Source: Chiloscyllium plagiosum (taxonomy: Eukaryota). From it: a DNA stretch of 64,000 nt. Shown here piece after piece: positions 49,939 through 63,361 of the stretch (position 1 is its first letter; each line of letters begins with the position of its first letter). The notes below the pieces were generated by a model, which was not told the DNA's origin, ran no database searches, and worked only from the letters and a program-made list of their open reading frames with translations. The stretch is from assembly GCF_004010195.1 (NCBI RefSeq), contig NC_057717.1, positions 103,612,631 to 103,676,630 of the forward strand, read 5' to 3'. The translations under genes were made by a program, and so were the position numbers.

Positions 49939-51479
49939 TTAATTGCACTGAGGGGCTCACACAGCCTGTTCAGTTAAGAGTGACTGACCAACAGTTAACA
50001 TTGCTTTGGGTCTGGATATATACATATGCCAGACTTCCTTTCCCCGAAGAGGCATTAGCGAATCAGATGTGTTTCTGAAACAAACCATTATAGTTTACTT
50101 TCCAGATATATTCATTGAATTCATATTTCACCAAGCACCATGGTGAACCCATGTCCCCCAGAGCATTAACCTGAGCCTCTGCATTACTAGTCTGAAACAT
50201 TACCCCCAAGCCAGAGGTCTTCCCCCTACTCATTGATGATAGTCACCATTATTGAGAGCAGCGTTTTTTATTGCAGATATATTAATGTATTGAAATGGAG
50301 ATTGCCCCAGGGGTGGGATCTGAGCACATGGCTGTGAAGCATTAGTCCACACCAGAAGGAAGAACAGTCAATTGAACGCCCATCGTGTGGATGATTTGAG
50401 GGGGATGGGGGGGAGATGTCATTCGCTGTCCTCCTCCTTTCTGCTCAAAGGTCAGAAAGTATCAGGAAGCAGCGTTTTCACCTACATCAGAAGGCTGGAT
50501 CAGGTTCCAAGGAAATGCACATGAGACAAGGATTCAGGATCCACACAACAAAGCAGCCAGATACTGCAAAGGCAAAATGTTAGGGTTGGCGTTGTGGAAG
50601 GAAGAGATTAAACAGGCGCCTTAATCTGAGCCAGTTTGACAATGAGGAAAGATTAGGGAGGCTGAACAGAAGGAGCTCACCATCATCAACAGCAAAGCTC
50701 AGATGTATTAAACGATTCAGATCAGACAAAGTGATTTTATGACTGTGTCATTATATAATTAGAAAGAACGGTGCTGGGACAAATTACAGAACAGCAGGGG
50801 GGATGTCATTATTGCAGGATCCCAGAAAATAGAAGGGTATTTATGTTGCAAAGCAAGAGCCAAGTTAAACCCTGCAGCCTCGCCCACTCACGTTGATCTC
50901 GTTTATCAAGGGGAAACATGAGACAGGAATATTAGATCGGCACCAGTGAATTTAGCTCAACTCTCCCAGCCGTAAATCTCATTAAAGTCTGCCAGCATAT
51001 TTTTGAAGTTTTTGCTGGCTCCCTCCATTTTCCACCAACTTCGCCATGTTACAGTGCCATTCGGACCACATTCAGAAAACCGCCCACGTGGCGTTTTGGC
51101 AGCACATTCACCTGACCGAGTCATTTCAGTGAGCAGTGAGTCCCACTTCATGTCTAGCTTGTACCTGGGCAGGGATGGCCGAACCCTCTCCGACCTACTG
51201 TTCAATTATTCCGTCTTCGATTGTGTGAGTTTGTGCACCAGTGATGCTTACCGCATTTGATTTGTTACGCCTGGGCGAGGACTCAGAGAAAAATAGACAA
51301 ACTGGAGAAAGGGGGGAAAAGCAGAGCTGAAACATGGAGCAGACATTTCAAAGCACTCAATAATCAAATGTTGAATGGAGGTGGAAGCTATTATTGTCGA
51401 TGCAAGCTGAGGATGTGGAGGTGTCGGTGTTGGAGTGGGGTGGACAAGGTCAAAGGTCACGTGATACCAAGTTATAAGC

Positions 51480-51775
51480 AAATAGATTAGACTCCCTACA
51501 GTGTGGAAACAGACCCTTCGACCCAACAAGTCCATATCAACCCTCCAAAGAGTAACCCACCCAGACCCACGCACCTACTCATGCATCTATCACTATGGGC
51601 AATTTAACATGGCCAATTCACCTGACCCACACATCTTTGGATTGTGGGAGGAAACCCAGGCAGACACGGGGAGAATGTACAAACTCCACACAGACAGCCG
51701 TCTGAGGCTGGAATCGAACCTGGGTCCCTGGCGCCGTGAGGCAGCACTGCTAACCACTGAGCCACTGTGCCACCC
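51480..51775 (-). mobile_element. HE1/V-SINE-like SINE nested in a family A PLE relic (51410-51895)
   Basis: The family A sequence gtggaggtgtcggtgttgga..accaagttata resumes after the SINE as ggtttatttggaa. Confidence 0.78.
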
Positions 51776-52786
51776 ATGGGTTTATTTGGAATTAAAGTTT
51801 TCGGAGTGTTGCACCTTCGACAACTGAAGCTCCAAAGCTTGGGATTTCAAGTAAACCTGTTGGACTATAACCTGGTGTCATGTGACTTCTGACCGTGTAA
51901 ACAAGAGAGAATGTTTCCTTTGTGGGGGAGAAGACAGAAACAGGGGGCAGAGCAGAAAAGGAAGGGGCCTCTCGCTTGAATCAGAGATGCGTAAATTTAT
52001 TTTTCTCTGTCTGAGGAATTCTTCACTCCAGGTAATGGTGGAGGCAGAATTATTGGATATTTTTAAAACTGAGTTAGAAAGATACTTTGAAATTGCAAGC
52101 TTTCAGAGCCCTAAAACCTTGCGATTTCAAATAAACCTGTTGGACTATAACCTGATCTCGTTTGGTCTTTGACCTTGTCCACTCCAGTCCAACTCCAGCA
52201 CCTCCTGATTGACAATAAAGGAGGTCAAAGTGTAAGGAGAAGTAGGTGGGAACTGAGGCTACTGTCCTATCAGACACAGTCTTATCAGAAGGCAGAACAG
52301 ACTCGAGAGGCCAAATGGTCCTAAGTTGTGTGTTCATATCACGGCATACCCCCAGGGATGCCATAGGGTCTTTTGGAGGGGCAGTCACATCAGCTCAAGT
52401 ACTGTACAAAGTTAGCTGGTGTGTGCAGCTGTTCACCCAGGCAACATTGCCAGCAGCTGTGTAGTTTCACTGCACAAAAGACCCACAAAAGATGGAACAT
52501 ATCCAAGTATGAATCACTTCAATTCCAAGGTATGGGGTTATAAAAAAGACATGAAGTAAGACACTCCATTTTCTGTTTCTAACAGCATCTCAACCTCATG
52601 CAGGCTTCATGGCCATGGTTTCCCCTGAATAACTTCAGGCAGTTACAAAATTCATGCCGGCTTTTTTCCTTAGAAATAGAGCTGCTTCAGCTCACTCTTG
52701 TGGCTTGGTCAAAACCCAGCATGTGGGAAAATGATTACGTTTCATTTCACACTTGTAAGATTTCAGCCTGGTTCTATTCTAGCTCT

Positions 52787-52875
52787 GTTCCTTGGATGCT
52801 GCCTGACCTGCTGCGCTTTTCCCAGCAACACATTTTCAGCTCTGATCTCCAGCATCTGCAGCCCTCGCTTTCTCC
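52787..52875 (+). mobile_element. Short family B insert with 14-bp TSD
   Basis: tctattctagctct at 52773-52786 and 52876-52889. Confidence 0.8.
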
Positions 52876-53084
52876 TCTATTCTAGCTCTTTCAGGTGAGA
52901 CATTAGACTGAGACTGTCCACTCTGTTGGACATGAAAGACTCCACCCCAACATTTCATCGAAGATGAATAGAGTTCTTTGTGGATAACAGTTACATTCTC
53001 AAAGAACACTAATGCAGGTTGGACATTGAGCGCTTTCTGTGTGCACATTAGCTTTCTATAGGTGAACTGGGGAACTTAATTATA

Positions 53085-53845
53085 GAATTGAGGCATGGAC
53101 TATTTTCTAAATGGGGAGAAAATTCAGAACTCTGAAGTGCAAAGAGACTTGGGAGTTCTAGTCCAGGATTCTCTCAAGGTAAACTTGCAGGTTGAGTCAG
53201 TAGTTAGGAAGGCAAATGCAATGATAGTATTTATTTTGGGACTTTAATGTAAAAACAGGGATGTACTTCTGAGGCTCTGTAAGGCTCTAGTCAGACCACA
53301 TTTGGAGTATTGTGTGCAGTTTTGGGCTCCATATCTCAGGAAGGATGTATTGGCCCTGGAGTATGTTCGGGGAGGTTCGTGAGAATGGTCCCAGGAAAGA
53401 ACAGCTTAATATCTGAGGAACGTTTGAAGTCTCTGGGTCTATACTCAATGGAGTTTAGAAGGATGAGGGGGGATTTCAGTGAAACTTACAGAATACTGAA
53501 CAGCCTGGACATTGGGAACATGCTTCCATTGGTAGGAGAGATGAGAACCCTGAGGGCACAGCCTCAGAGTAAAGGGAAGACCTTTTCGAACAGAGATAAG
53601 GAGAAACTTCTTCAGCCAGAGAGTGGGGAATTGAGGGAATTCATTGCTGCAGAAGGCTTTGGAGGCCAGCTCATTGAATGTATTTAAAACGAAATAGATA
53701 GATTCTTGAGTATCAAGGTGATCATGGGTTAGGGGGAGAAAATGGGAGAATGGGATTGAGAAACTTATCAGCCATGATTAAATAGTGGAACAGACTCAAT
53801 GGGCTGAATGGTCTAATTTCTGCTCCTATGTCTTATGGTCTTATG
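53085..53845 (+). mobile_element. CR1 LINE 3' fragment
   Basis: [13 protein letters not shown] and EFRRMRGD motifs; (tcttatgg)n tail. Confidence 0.85.
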
Positions 53846-55140
53846 ATAAGCGGATGCTTATTTAAAACTGAGATGTGAAGGAATTTCTTCTCCCAGTGAA
53901 CGGTTGGGGATCCCTTCCGCAGAGAGTTGATCACTGCAGGCTAGATCACTGAAATAGCTAAAGAGAAGATAAGTGGATTTTTGGAATGTCAGGGAGTTGA
54001 AAGTTAGAATGAGCTGGAATGAAAGAGGGGTTCAAGTCTGCTGCAGATCAGTCATAGTCTTGCCGAATGGTGAGCTAGGCTTGAGGGGCCAAATGGCCTA
54101 CTTAAGTTCGAGTGTACATCGTTTGGAGCAGCGACCTTTCCAATTCATTCATGGGATGATGTCACCGCTGGCTCGGAAGGCATTTATTGCCCATTCCAGA
54201 GTCTACTCCATTGGTGCAGATCTGGAGTCACACGTTGGCCATACCAGGTAAAGATGGCAGATTTCCTTCCCTAAAGGGGACCAGTGAACCAGGTAGACTT
54301 TTATCACCATGGCCAACATTAGGCAAGCAAAGTGGGTGGGTGCCTGGTGACCTGTTTAACAGGATTCTGGTTCGAATCCTTCTACAGCAGATGGTGGAAT
54401 TTGAATTCAATAAAAATCTGGAATTAAGAGTCTAATGATGACCATGAATCTGGTTTCAATTGTCAGTAAAACCTATCTGGTTCACTAATGTCCTATTAGG
54501 AAGGAAACTGCCATCCTTACGTGCTCTGTCCGATATGCGACTCCAAACCCACAGCAACATGGTTGACGCTTAACTGTCCTCTGGGCAATTAGGGATGGGC
54601 AACAAATGCTGGCCTAGCCAGCGATGCCCTCATCCCGTAAATGAATAACGGAAGAAAAACACTCCACATCTCCGAGAGCTACCAACTCTGTTAGTGGGGA
54701 CTACTGCTGAGTTGTCATCCTTGCGAACATAGGAGTGTGAAAGGGAAACTGCTAGAGTCATCTTGCACCTTCCACAACTTGAGGATGTGCCAATACACTC
54801 AACATCCAACCGGAAACAGGTACCTTTGTGTGCCATTCCGCCAAACTTCTCACCCATTGCCAGTGGGAAAACTGGAGCCAGTGACCTTGATAACCACACT
54901 GCTGTTAATTGGTTGCATAGTCAGATAGTTCAGGTTATCAAACCGATACCTGACCCCTTTGCAAATGGTTCAGCAGAATTGACCATCGACTCAATAAACA
55001 TATATTCACAAAGGAACAACTGAAGTAGCTCAATAATAAAAGGGTTGAAAAAATAATTTGGCTTCCCACAGGTTTTCATTTCCTCTGGAACCCAGGCAGT
55101 GCAGAGAATGAAATTTCAGACTATAACATAAACACTGTAC

Positions 55141-55257
55141 CTTGGCAAAATCGCGTACATCGAACAGATCGAAGGCTTCAAACAGTTCACTCTTCTTCAT
55201 GTTGAATTTTTCGCAGCACGCGTTTAAAAAGGTCCGGATATTCTTGAGGCAAAGGAA
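55141..55257 (-). CDS. vav1: VAV1-like exon 2 (CH domain): [39 protein letters not shown]
   Basis: 117 nt, tttacag| acceptor and |gtacag donor, phase 0/0. Translation matches the VAV calponin-homology motif [11 protein letters not shown]...[11 protein letters not shown]. Confidence 0.95.
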
Positions 55258-55659
55258 CTGTAAAGCAAGACGGGGCAGATACAGACAGGGTCAATTAACG
55301 GAAAGACCACCCTCACGTTAAAACGTTTTGTGTATATTCCTGTCCCCAATTCTTCCTGCCTGTCGCGACAGGTTTGTCATCACAACTTTTTGAGTTGGGA
55401 GAAAGGCAAAGTCAGAGACTGAGGAAGTCTGAAAAAAGACTCTGGATTCACATAGCGCCTTCCACAGGATGTGCCAATACACTCAGCGTCCAATCAGAGA
55501 CAGCACTGCAATACTAGAGTATCTGTTGTTGATAACACTCCTTCAAAGGGCTTGGAGTTGTTTCACTCTGCTTAGGAAGTGCTATGTAAATACAAAATAT
55601 TTTTGTTGCCACATGCTAACCTTGCCAGAAGATGGCCATAAAACCAGCAGGGTGTAGGA

Positions 55660-56215
55660 GCATGGTCAGTGAGACATGGCTGACCTAGTAACTCCATTTT
55701 CCTGCTTCTTTTTTTACCTCGTAACCCTTATTGATTAAACCTCTTCCTGTCTCAGTCTTGAATATATTTAATGACCCAGCCTCCACAGTCCTCTGCAGTA
55801 AGGAATTCCACACATTCACTCCTGGCTGAGAGGAAAACATCCTCCTCAGCTCTGTCTTAAATGCACAACTCCTTACTATTAGAATATACGGTCTGGTCTT
55901 AGGTTCCCCCACAAGGGGAAACAACCTCTCCACATCTCCCTTTTCAGGCCCCCTAAGAGTTTTTAATGTTTCAATAAGGTCATCTCTCATTCTTCGAAAC
56001 TCCAATGAGTAGGCCAAACCTCCTCAACCTCTCCCTCATAAGATAGTCCTTCCAAACCTGATATCAGCCAAGTGAACTTTCTCTGGACTGGTCCAATGCC
56101 AGTATATCTTTCTGTAGATAAGGGAACCAAACTGTGGTCTGTACAGTCTTAGCAAGACTTCCCTTTTTTTTTATTCCAGTCCCTTTGAAATAAAGACAAT
56201 GTTCCACACACCTTC
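55660..56215 (-). mobile_element. CR1 LINE 3' fragment
   Basis: ORF 55685..56017 encodes YSLEFRRMRDDLIETLK..VWNSL. Confidence 0.82.
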
Positions 56216-56914
56216 CTCATTTCTCACTGGACTTGGAGCATTCTTTTTTTGTGATTTATGATTTACATTTATGAAGGAGAGGTGATGGACTATTATTGCT
56301 GGACTATTAATCCAGGAGACTCTGATAATGTTCCAGGGGCCTGGGTTTGAATCCTGCCATGTCATTTAAAAGGCATCTGGATGGGTGTACGAGTAGGAAG
56401 GGTTTGGAGGGATAAGGGCCAAGTGCTGGCAGGTGGGACTAGGTTGGGTTGGGATGTCTGGTCAGCATGGACGGGTTGGACCGAAGGGTCTGTTTCCGTG
56501 CTGTACATCTCTATGACTCTATGACTGATGGTAGAATTTGAATTCAATAAGTATCTGGAATTAGAAGCCTAAAGGTGACATTGAAACTGCTGCTGACTGT
56601 CAGGAAAAAAACCCAACTGGTTCACTGGGGAAGGAAACCATCATCCTTACCCAGTCCAGACCCACAGCAATGGGAACCAAAAGCATAAATTGCTGGAAAA
56701 GCTCAGCAGATCTGGCAGCATCTGTGAAGAGAAATCAGAGTTAACGTCGAGGGACCCTTCCTCAGAACTGTTTATCCCACAGCAATGGGGATTGACACTT
56801 AACTGCCCTCTGGACGATTAGGGATGGGCAACAAATACTGGCCTGGCCAGCAATGCCATCAACCTGTGAATGAATAAAAAAGTATATAGCACCCCCCACC
56901 CCCCCCCAATCCCC

Positions 56915-58960
56915 CTCTGCAGTTTTTTCCCCGTTTAACCAATATTCAGCTCCTCTGTTCTTCCTGCCAAAGTTTGGCATTATATTCTACCTACCAAGTT
57001 TTTGCTCTGTCACTTAACATAACTCTTTGCGTCATCTTCCCCTACTTGCCTTCCCACCATTTCTTTTGGGTCATCTGTAATAGCCCATTAACTTTCCTCA
57101 CCTAAGACCCTATTGTCTTGCCAATGGTGACTGCACTAGTTACAGCATGCCATCTTGAAAATGCTCCCTTTATCTCAAACTCTCTGTCTTCAATTGATTA
57201 TCAAATCCTCCATATTAGTCCCTGCACAATGAGCTCTTATTAAATACCCTTATGTGCAGTACCTTACTGAATGCTGTAAATCCAAAATACATTACATTTA
57301 CTTGTCCCCCTTTATCGATCCTGCTTGTTACATCCTCAAAACAATTCTAATGAACTTGCCAGGCACATTTTCCCCTTCATAAAGTCTTGCTGATATTGCG
57401 TGTTGGCATTAGAAATTTCTAAATGCTCTACTATTACAGATATTTTCTGTTCAGATGCATTATTACAACCCCTGGAGCAGGTGGGACTTGAAACCAGGCC
57501 TCCTGGCTTAAAGGGGTGGACATTACTATTATACCTTTTAGAATAGAGTTAAATAATCTCAATAACAGATGTTACACTAACTAAGCTACAGTGACTTGCT
57601 TTTTATTGCCTTCCCTTTAAAATAAAGGTGCTACACTGGCTGGTTTTCCATTGTCTTAGACTTTTCTGAATCTAAGGATTCTTGGTCAATGACGATCAAT
57701 GCATCAATTGTGTCTGTAACTATTTTCTTTAATATCCAAGGATGGATCCCATCTGGTTTGGGGAATTTATCAGCCTTTAGCCCTATTAGTTTCCCTGGCA
57801 CTTTTTCTCCAGGAATAATTATAGTGTTTATTTCCTCTCCCCTTTTGCCATTTGATTATTTCACATTTCCGGAATGCCAGTAGTGTCTTCTCCTGTGATG
57901 ATTAATGCAAAGTATTGATTCAATTCCTCTTCCAATTCCTGGCTCCCCATCATTATTTCCCCAGCCTCATTTTCTTGGGCTCTCTCTTCCTTTTTATACA
58001 TTAAAAGAAATTTGTACTGTCACTCCTGTTGTTACTTGTTAGTTCACCCTTATAGTTTATTTCTTCCCTTTTGTTTGGTTTGTTTGGTTAATTTTTAAAA
58101 CTTTCCTAGTCCTCTGACTTACCACTAAACTTTGTCCCGTTATAAATGTCTTGTTCAATTTGGTACTGCCCTTAGTTTCATTGGTTAACTGGATTTACTG
58201 TCTTCCAAGGATCCTACTTCCTCACTAAGATACAACTTTGTTCCATGTCACGAACTATTTTCTTAAATATCAGCCATTGCTCGTCCACTGCCCCTTCTGC
58301 TAAACTCCTTTCTCACTCCGACCAACTCTGCTCTCATTCCTTTGTCAGTTGCTTCAGAGCCAAGTTCTATCCTCTCAAATGGATCGTTAAGTTCTGCCAT
58401 GTTATGGTTACTGTTGCCTAATGGATCTTTTACACAGACCCTGCCTCATTACACATGTCCAGTTCCAAAATAGTCTGATTGAATCCATACTACGTTGTTC
58501 CATTAAACTGCTACAAATGTGAATTCTTCATCACTGCTCCTTCTGTCAAAGGTTGAAGACACTCATGATTAATTCATGGCTTTTTAATACTCTAGCATTA
58601 TCTCTTGATTTATTTTTCTGATGTACAGTATAGCTGCTGTTAGGGGGCCTGCAGATTACTCAATGCAATGTCTTCCTCCCCTTGCTATTTCTTACCTTCA
58701 TCTGTAAGGATTCAAGATTATCCAAACTGAAGTCATTGCTTGCTATTGTGTTTATTCTATCTCACATACTAACAAAGCTACCCTTCCTTATTTTCCTTCC
58801 TTCCTTTCTTTCGAAAAGTCACATGCCCCAGAATATTTAGTTATGAGTGCCGATTGCTTTGAAACAATGCTTATGTAATGGCTATAAGATCCTAACCATC
58901 AATGTCTATTTGTGCTTATAATTTATTTGTTTCATCCTGAATACCACGTGGATTCAAGTA
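56915..58960 (-). mobile_element. Old, heavily decayed CR1 LINE body
   Basis: Scattered reverse-complement RT and endonuclease-region similarity, for example ggatggatcccatctgg (K.P.PDGIHP). Confidence 0.6.
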
Positions 58961-58961
58961 A

Positions 58962-59770
58962 AGTCATAGAGTCATAGAGACATAGATGCATAATCATGTA
59001 GTACGCAAACAGACCCTTTGGTCCAAATAATCCACACCAACTATGTTCCCAAACTAAACCAGTCCCACCTGCCTGCGCCTGGCCCATATCCCTCCAAACC
59101 TTTCTTATTCATGTACTTATCTCTTTTAAATGTTGTGACTGTGCCCACATCCACCACTTCCTCTGGAAGTTCATTCCACACGTGAAACACTCTCTGTGTA
59201 AAAACGTTGTGCTTCACGTCCTTGGTAAATCTTTCTCCTCTCACCTTAAGAATAGTTTTGAACTCCCCACCCCAGGGAAATGACTCTTGTTATTCACCTA
59301 TCTATCACAGTTATATAAACCTCAATAAGGTCACCCCTCAGTCTCATGTACTCCAGCTTATCCAGCCTATTTTTATATCTCAAACCTTCCATTCCTTTTC
59401 AATATTTCTTTTCCCTTTCACCTTTCTTTGTTGCTGTGATTTAAAGGATCATTTGTTTTTTTTTTATGTGTGAGAAATATATAAACTAGCAGCAGGCATT
59501 GGTTTAGGGTGAGAGAGAAAAGATATAAAAGGAGCGACATTTTCACCCAGAGGGTGGTGCGTGTATGAAATGAGCTGCCAGGGGAAGTGGTGGAGGCTGG
59601 TACAATTACAGCATTTAAAAGGCATCTGGATAGATACATGAATAGGAAGAGTTTGGAGGGATACGGGCTAAGTGCTGGCAAACGGGACTAGATTGGGTTG
59701 GGATATCTGGTTGGCATGGACAAGTTGGACCGAAGGGTCTGTTTCTGTGCTGTACATCTCTCTGACTCTA
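58962..59770. mobile_element. CR1 3' fragments 58962-59380 (-) and 59495-59770 (+)
   Basis: ORF 59041..59244, plus a + strand CR1 tail. Confidence 0.82.
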
Positions 59771-60469
59771 AATAAGTCATTTGACTCTTTGAGACAGCTT
59801 TCTCCCTGGATCATTTTGCCCTACGAAACGTATCTAACTCTTTCTTGAAGGACATCAGTCCTGATTTTGCCTTTGACCCACATTTTCAGTTTTCTGTGTT
59901 CGGTCCCATGCACCCTATACTGAGACCTGCATGAAGTCACCTCTCGTTCCTACTGTCTCGGGTTTGAAGGCAATCTGTTTCTTAGATCCCTGCTGGTCAC
60001 CCGAAACTAGGGGAGTCCTGTTTGTAACATTGGAGAATGACATTGGGAAATCACATGGTTCTGGTGTTCACTGGTAGACCTTGGCAGGGGACGAGGGAGA
60101 AAGTCCACCCGCCAGTGGGCAAGGGAACATTGGCACAGTGGCAGCTGACTTCAAAATAAAGAAGCTTTATTCACGACTGAAAAATAACAGACACAACTGC
60201 AAAAGGAAATAGGTGGAGAGTGGGAGGAGGATGACTAATAGCGGGAATAAGGCTGAGAAACTGCAATACGAAATCAAACCTCAAACAAGTATCAATCAGC
60301 GAACAAGGAGTTTACAACAGAGAGAAGGAAGTGAACAATCAGCCATTAATCAGGTTGTAAGTCTGAGGTGCAATGTGTACAAATGAACAGGTCTTGATCT
60401 GAGTGGCAAGCACTGACTGTGTGGTACAGCAGGGAGCAGTACGTTAACCCTAGCTATTCACAGAGTACA

Positions 60470-61545
60470 TTAATCACTTTGATGAAGGACTCAAATGAAA
60501 AAGCTCCACGTTTGCAGACAACGCAAGGGTGGGAGGGCGAACTGCGAGGAGATTGCAGAGGTGCTCCAGTGCAATTTGGACAAGTTGAGTGAGTGGGCAA
60601 ATGAATGGCGGAAGTTGTACAATCTGGATAGACGTGAGGCTACCTACTTTGCTAGCAAAAACAGGAAGGCAGGTTATTATCCGAGGGGCGATAGGTTGGG
60701 AACGGGGCAGGTGCAACGAGACCTGGGTGTCCTTGTGCACCAGTCACCCATTCAGGTGCAGCAGAGGGTGAAGGTATAAATGCTACATTAACCTTCATCG
60801 TGAGAGGATTCGAGTGCAGGAGCAGGGATACCTTGCTGCAATTGTAGCAAGGGCCTTAGCGAGGTCACACCTGGAGTCTTGTGTCCAGGTTGGTCACCTG
60901 ATCTGAGGGAGGATGTTCTAGCAATGGAGGAAGTTCAGCAAAGGTTTACCAAACTGATTTCTGGGATGGAGGCACTGGTCGAAAGTGAGGACTGCAGATG
61001 TTGGAGATCAGAGTCAAGATCAGAGTGGTGCTGGGAAAGCACAGCAGGTCAGGCAGCATTCCGGGGAGCAGGAAAATCGACGTTTCGGGCAAAAGCCCTT
61101 CATCAGGAATGAGCAGGACTGGTGTATGAAAGGGGATTGGATTGGTCACTGGAGTTTAGAAGGATGTGAGGAATCTCGTAGAAACCGAAGAAATTCAAAC
61201 AAGACTAGACAGGGTAAGTGCAAAAGGGTGTTCCCTATGACCGGGGAATCCAAAACCCGGGGTCGCAGACTAAGGAAATGGGGTAAGCCGTTTCAGACAG
61301 AGCTAAGGAGAAACTTCTTCAGCCAGAGAGTGGGGGGAGCCTGTGGAATTCTCTGCCACAGAAAACATTTGAGGCCAAAACATTGAATGCATTCAAGAAA
61401 GAGTTAGATATGGCTCTTATGACTAAAGGGATCAAAGGGTGTGGGGTAAAAGTGGAAACAGCGTACTGAGTTGGATGGTCAGATTAAATGGTGGAGCAGG
61501 GTAGAAGGGCTGAATGGCCTACTCCGACCCCAATTTTCTATGTGT
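60470..61545 (+). mobile_element. Decayed CR1 with nested family B insert (about 60980-61112, -)
   Basis: LQCNLDKLSEWANEW..QRDLGVLVH; the CR1 sequence resumes after the insert. Confidence 0.82.
61075..61110 (-). ncRNA. Minimal hammerhead motif (family B, intact GUC site)
   Basis: Reverse complement ATTC-CTGATGA-A-GGGC TTTT GCCC-GAA-ACGT-C-GATT. Confidence 0.78.
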
Positions 61546-63361
61546 CTACAGAAGGAGCTCATTCTACACATCTGCACAAAGGTAGAATTAGCTAGTGAAT
61601 GTTGACCAGGGGGGGGGGTAACCTGCATGTGGATCCAGGAGATGTGGACAGAATCCTCAACAAATACTTTGCACACAACAAAAAAGAAAGATGAAGACAC
61701 AAGCTGGAGGACTTGTAAAATGTTAGAGAAAACTAACATGAAGAGAGAGGACATACTAGAGGGCTCAGCAGGCCAGGACGTGACATAATCCAGGCAGTTG
61801 AAGGAAGTGATGGAGGAGATATTTGAGGTCCTGATGGTATTTCTGAAATGTTCTCTGACCAGGAGGACAGGAGGATGCAAACATTGCGCAAGAGAGGGAG
61901 GAAGGGATAGACCAGGAAACTACAGGCAAGTTTGTCTAACCTCTTGAGAAGGAAGTTATTGGAAAGAATTCTACGAGATAGGGTATATCCGCACTTGGAG
62001 AGAGATGGGCTAATCCAGGAGAGGCAGTGCGGATTTGTTCAGGGAAGGTCATGTTTGACAAATTTGATGGAACGTTTGAGGATGTTTTGATGAGGGGACG
62101 TAAGTTGATGTGGTCTACGTGGAATGGTTTTGATAAGGTCACTAATAGGACACTGGTGAAGACCAGGGGATCTAAGGCAAAGTATTCCCTACGGTGCTCA
62201 ACTCTGTAAAGGTATCAAGCGCACTAATAGATGCCACATCCTCCTTCTGTAACGAACGTACCAACACCATTCCTTAAGTCTTGGCTTCAATGTGCATGAG
62301 CTGCTCCCTTGCCTCTATGGAGCATTTCCTCGATCATTTGTAAATTGACAACATTTCTCTAAGGGCTGTGAGACAATAGGAAGGTGAGGAAAGGAGGACA
62401 GGAAAGGATTTGAACATTTTGAAAGTGAGGACTTGGTGAACCGTTCCAGACTGAGTGTCGAGGGGAGTCTGACCGGCTGGGAGAGGAACCATTGGCAGTA
62501 ATTACCCGGATTTCTCCCAGAGAAGGAGGAATGGTGATCCCACTTGCCTGCCCTGACCCTATTAACACCAAACCTACCTTATGGCGCTCCCACCGGATTG
62601 AGAGGCCATGGAATCAGGCGGTTCAATCCAACAGAGGCAGCTCTGAACGGACCACATGTGGAGAAACAGATGGCACTGCAGCTAATTCTGGTCTGATCTC
62701 CCGCCCAATGTTACTTGAGGCAGTACAGCCACATTGAACTGAGGGCAAACTCAGTTCACTCAAACCTCTGAGGTTTTCATTCCCAGGGTGACTAATGCTA
62801 ACATTATCTGCATGGATTCTCTCAACATGCGTCACTCTAACTAGCTGCGTCTCTCCGGATTCCTTGTTAACCAGCCAAGGTTTTTTTTTTATTCATTCAC
62901 GGGATGAGGGTGTCACTGGCTGGACATCTCTAATTGCCCAGAGGGCAGCCATGAGCGAGTTCTGCATTGATTAAGTTCAGAAATAGCCCCAGCAGGGAAG
63001 GTGATGTCTATAACTGTGAGCACTGTCAGGCTATTTATTGTATTATTTCTGGGATATTGACATTGCTGTCATGGGTAACATTTGTTACCTATCACTATAT
63101 ACACTTAGCGTGGGCTATTAAATGTCAAACCCTTTGCTGTGGGTCTGGAGTCACATGAAGGCCAGACCAGGTAAGGATGGCAGATTTCCTTCCTTGAAGG
63201 GCATTAGTGAACCAGATGGGATTTTACCAACAATGGATTCATGTTCATCACTAAATTCTTGATTCCAGATTTTATTTTTATTGAATTTAAATTCCACCCT
63301 CTGCCACAGCAGGATTCAAACCCAAGTCCTCAGAATGTTACCTGGTTCTCTGGATAAACAG

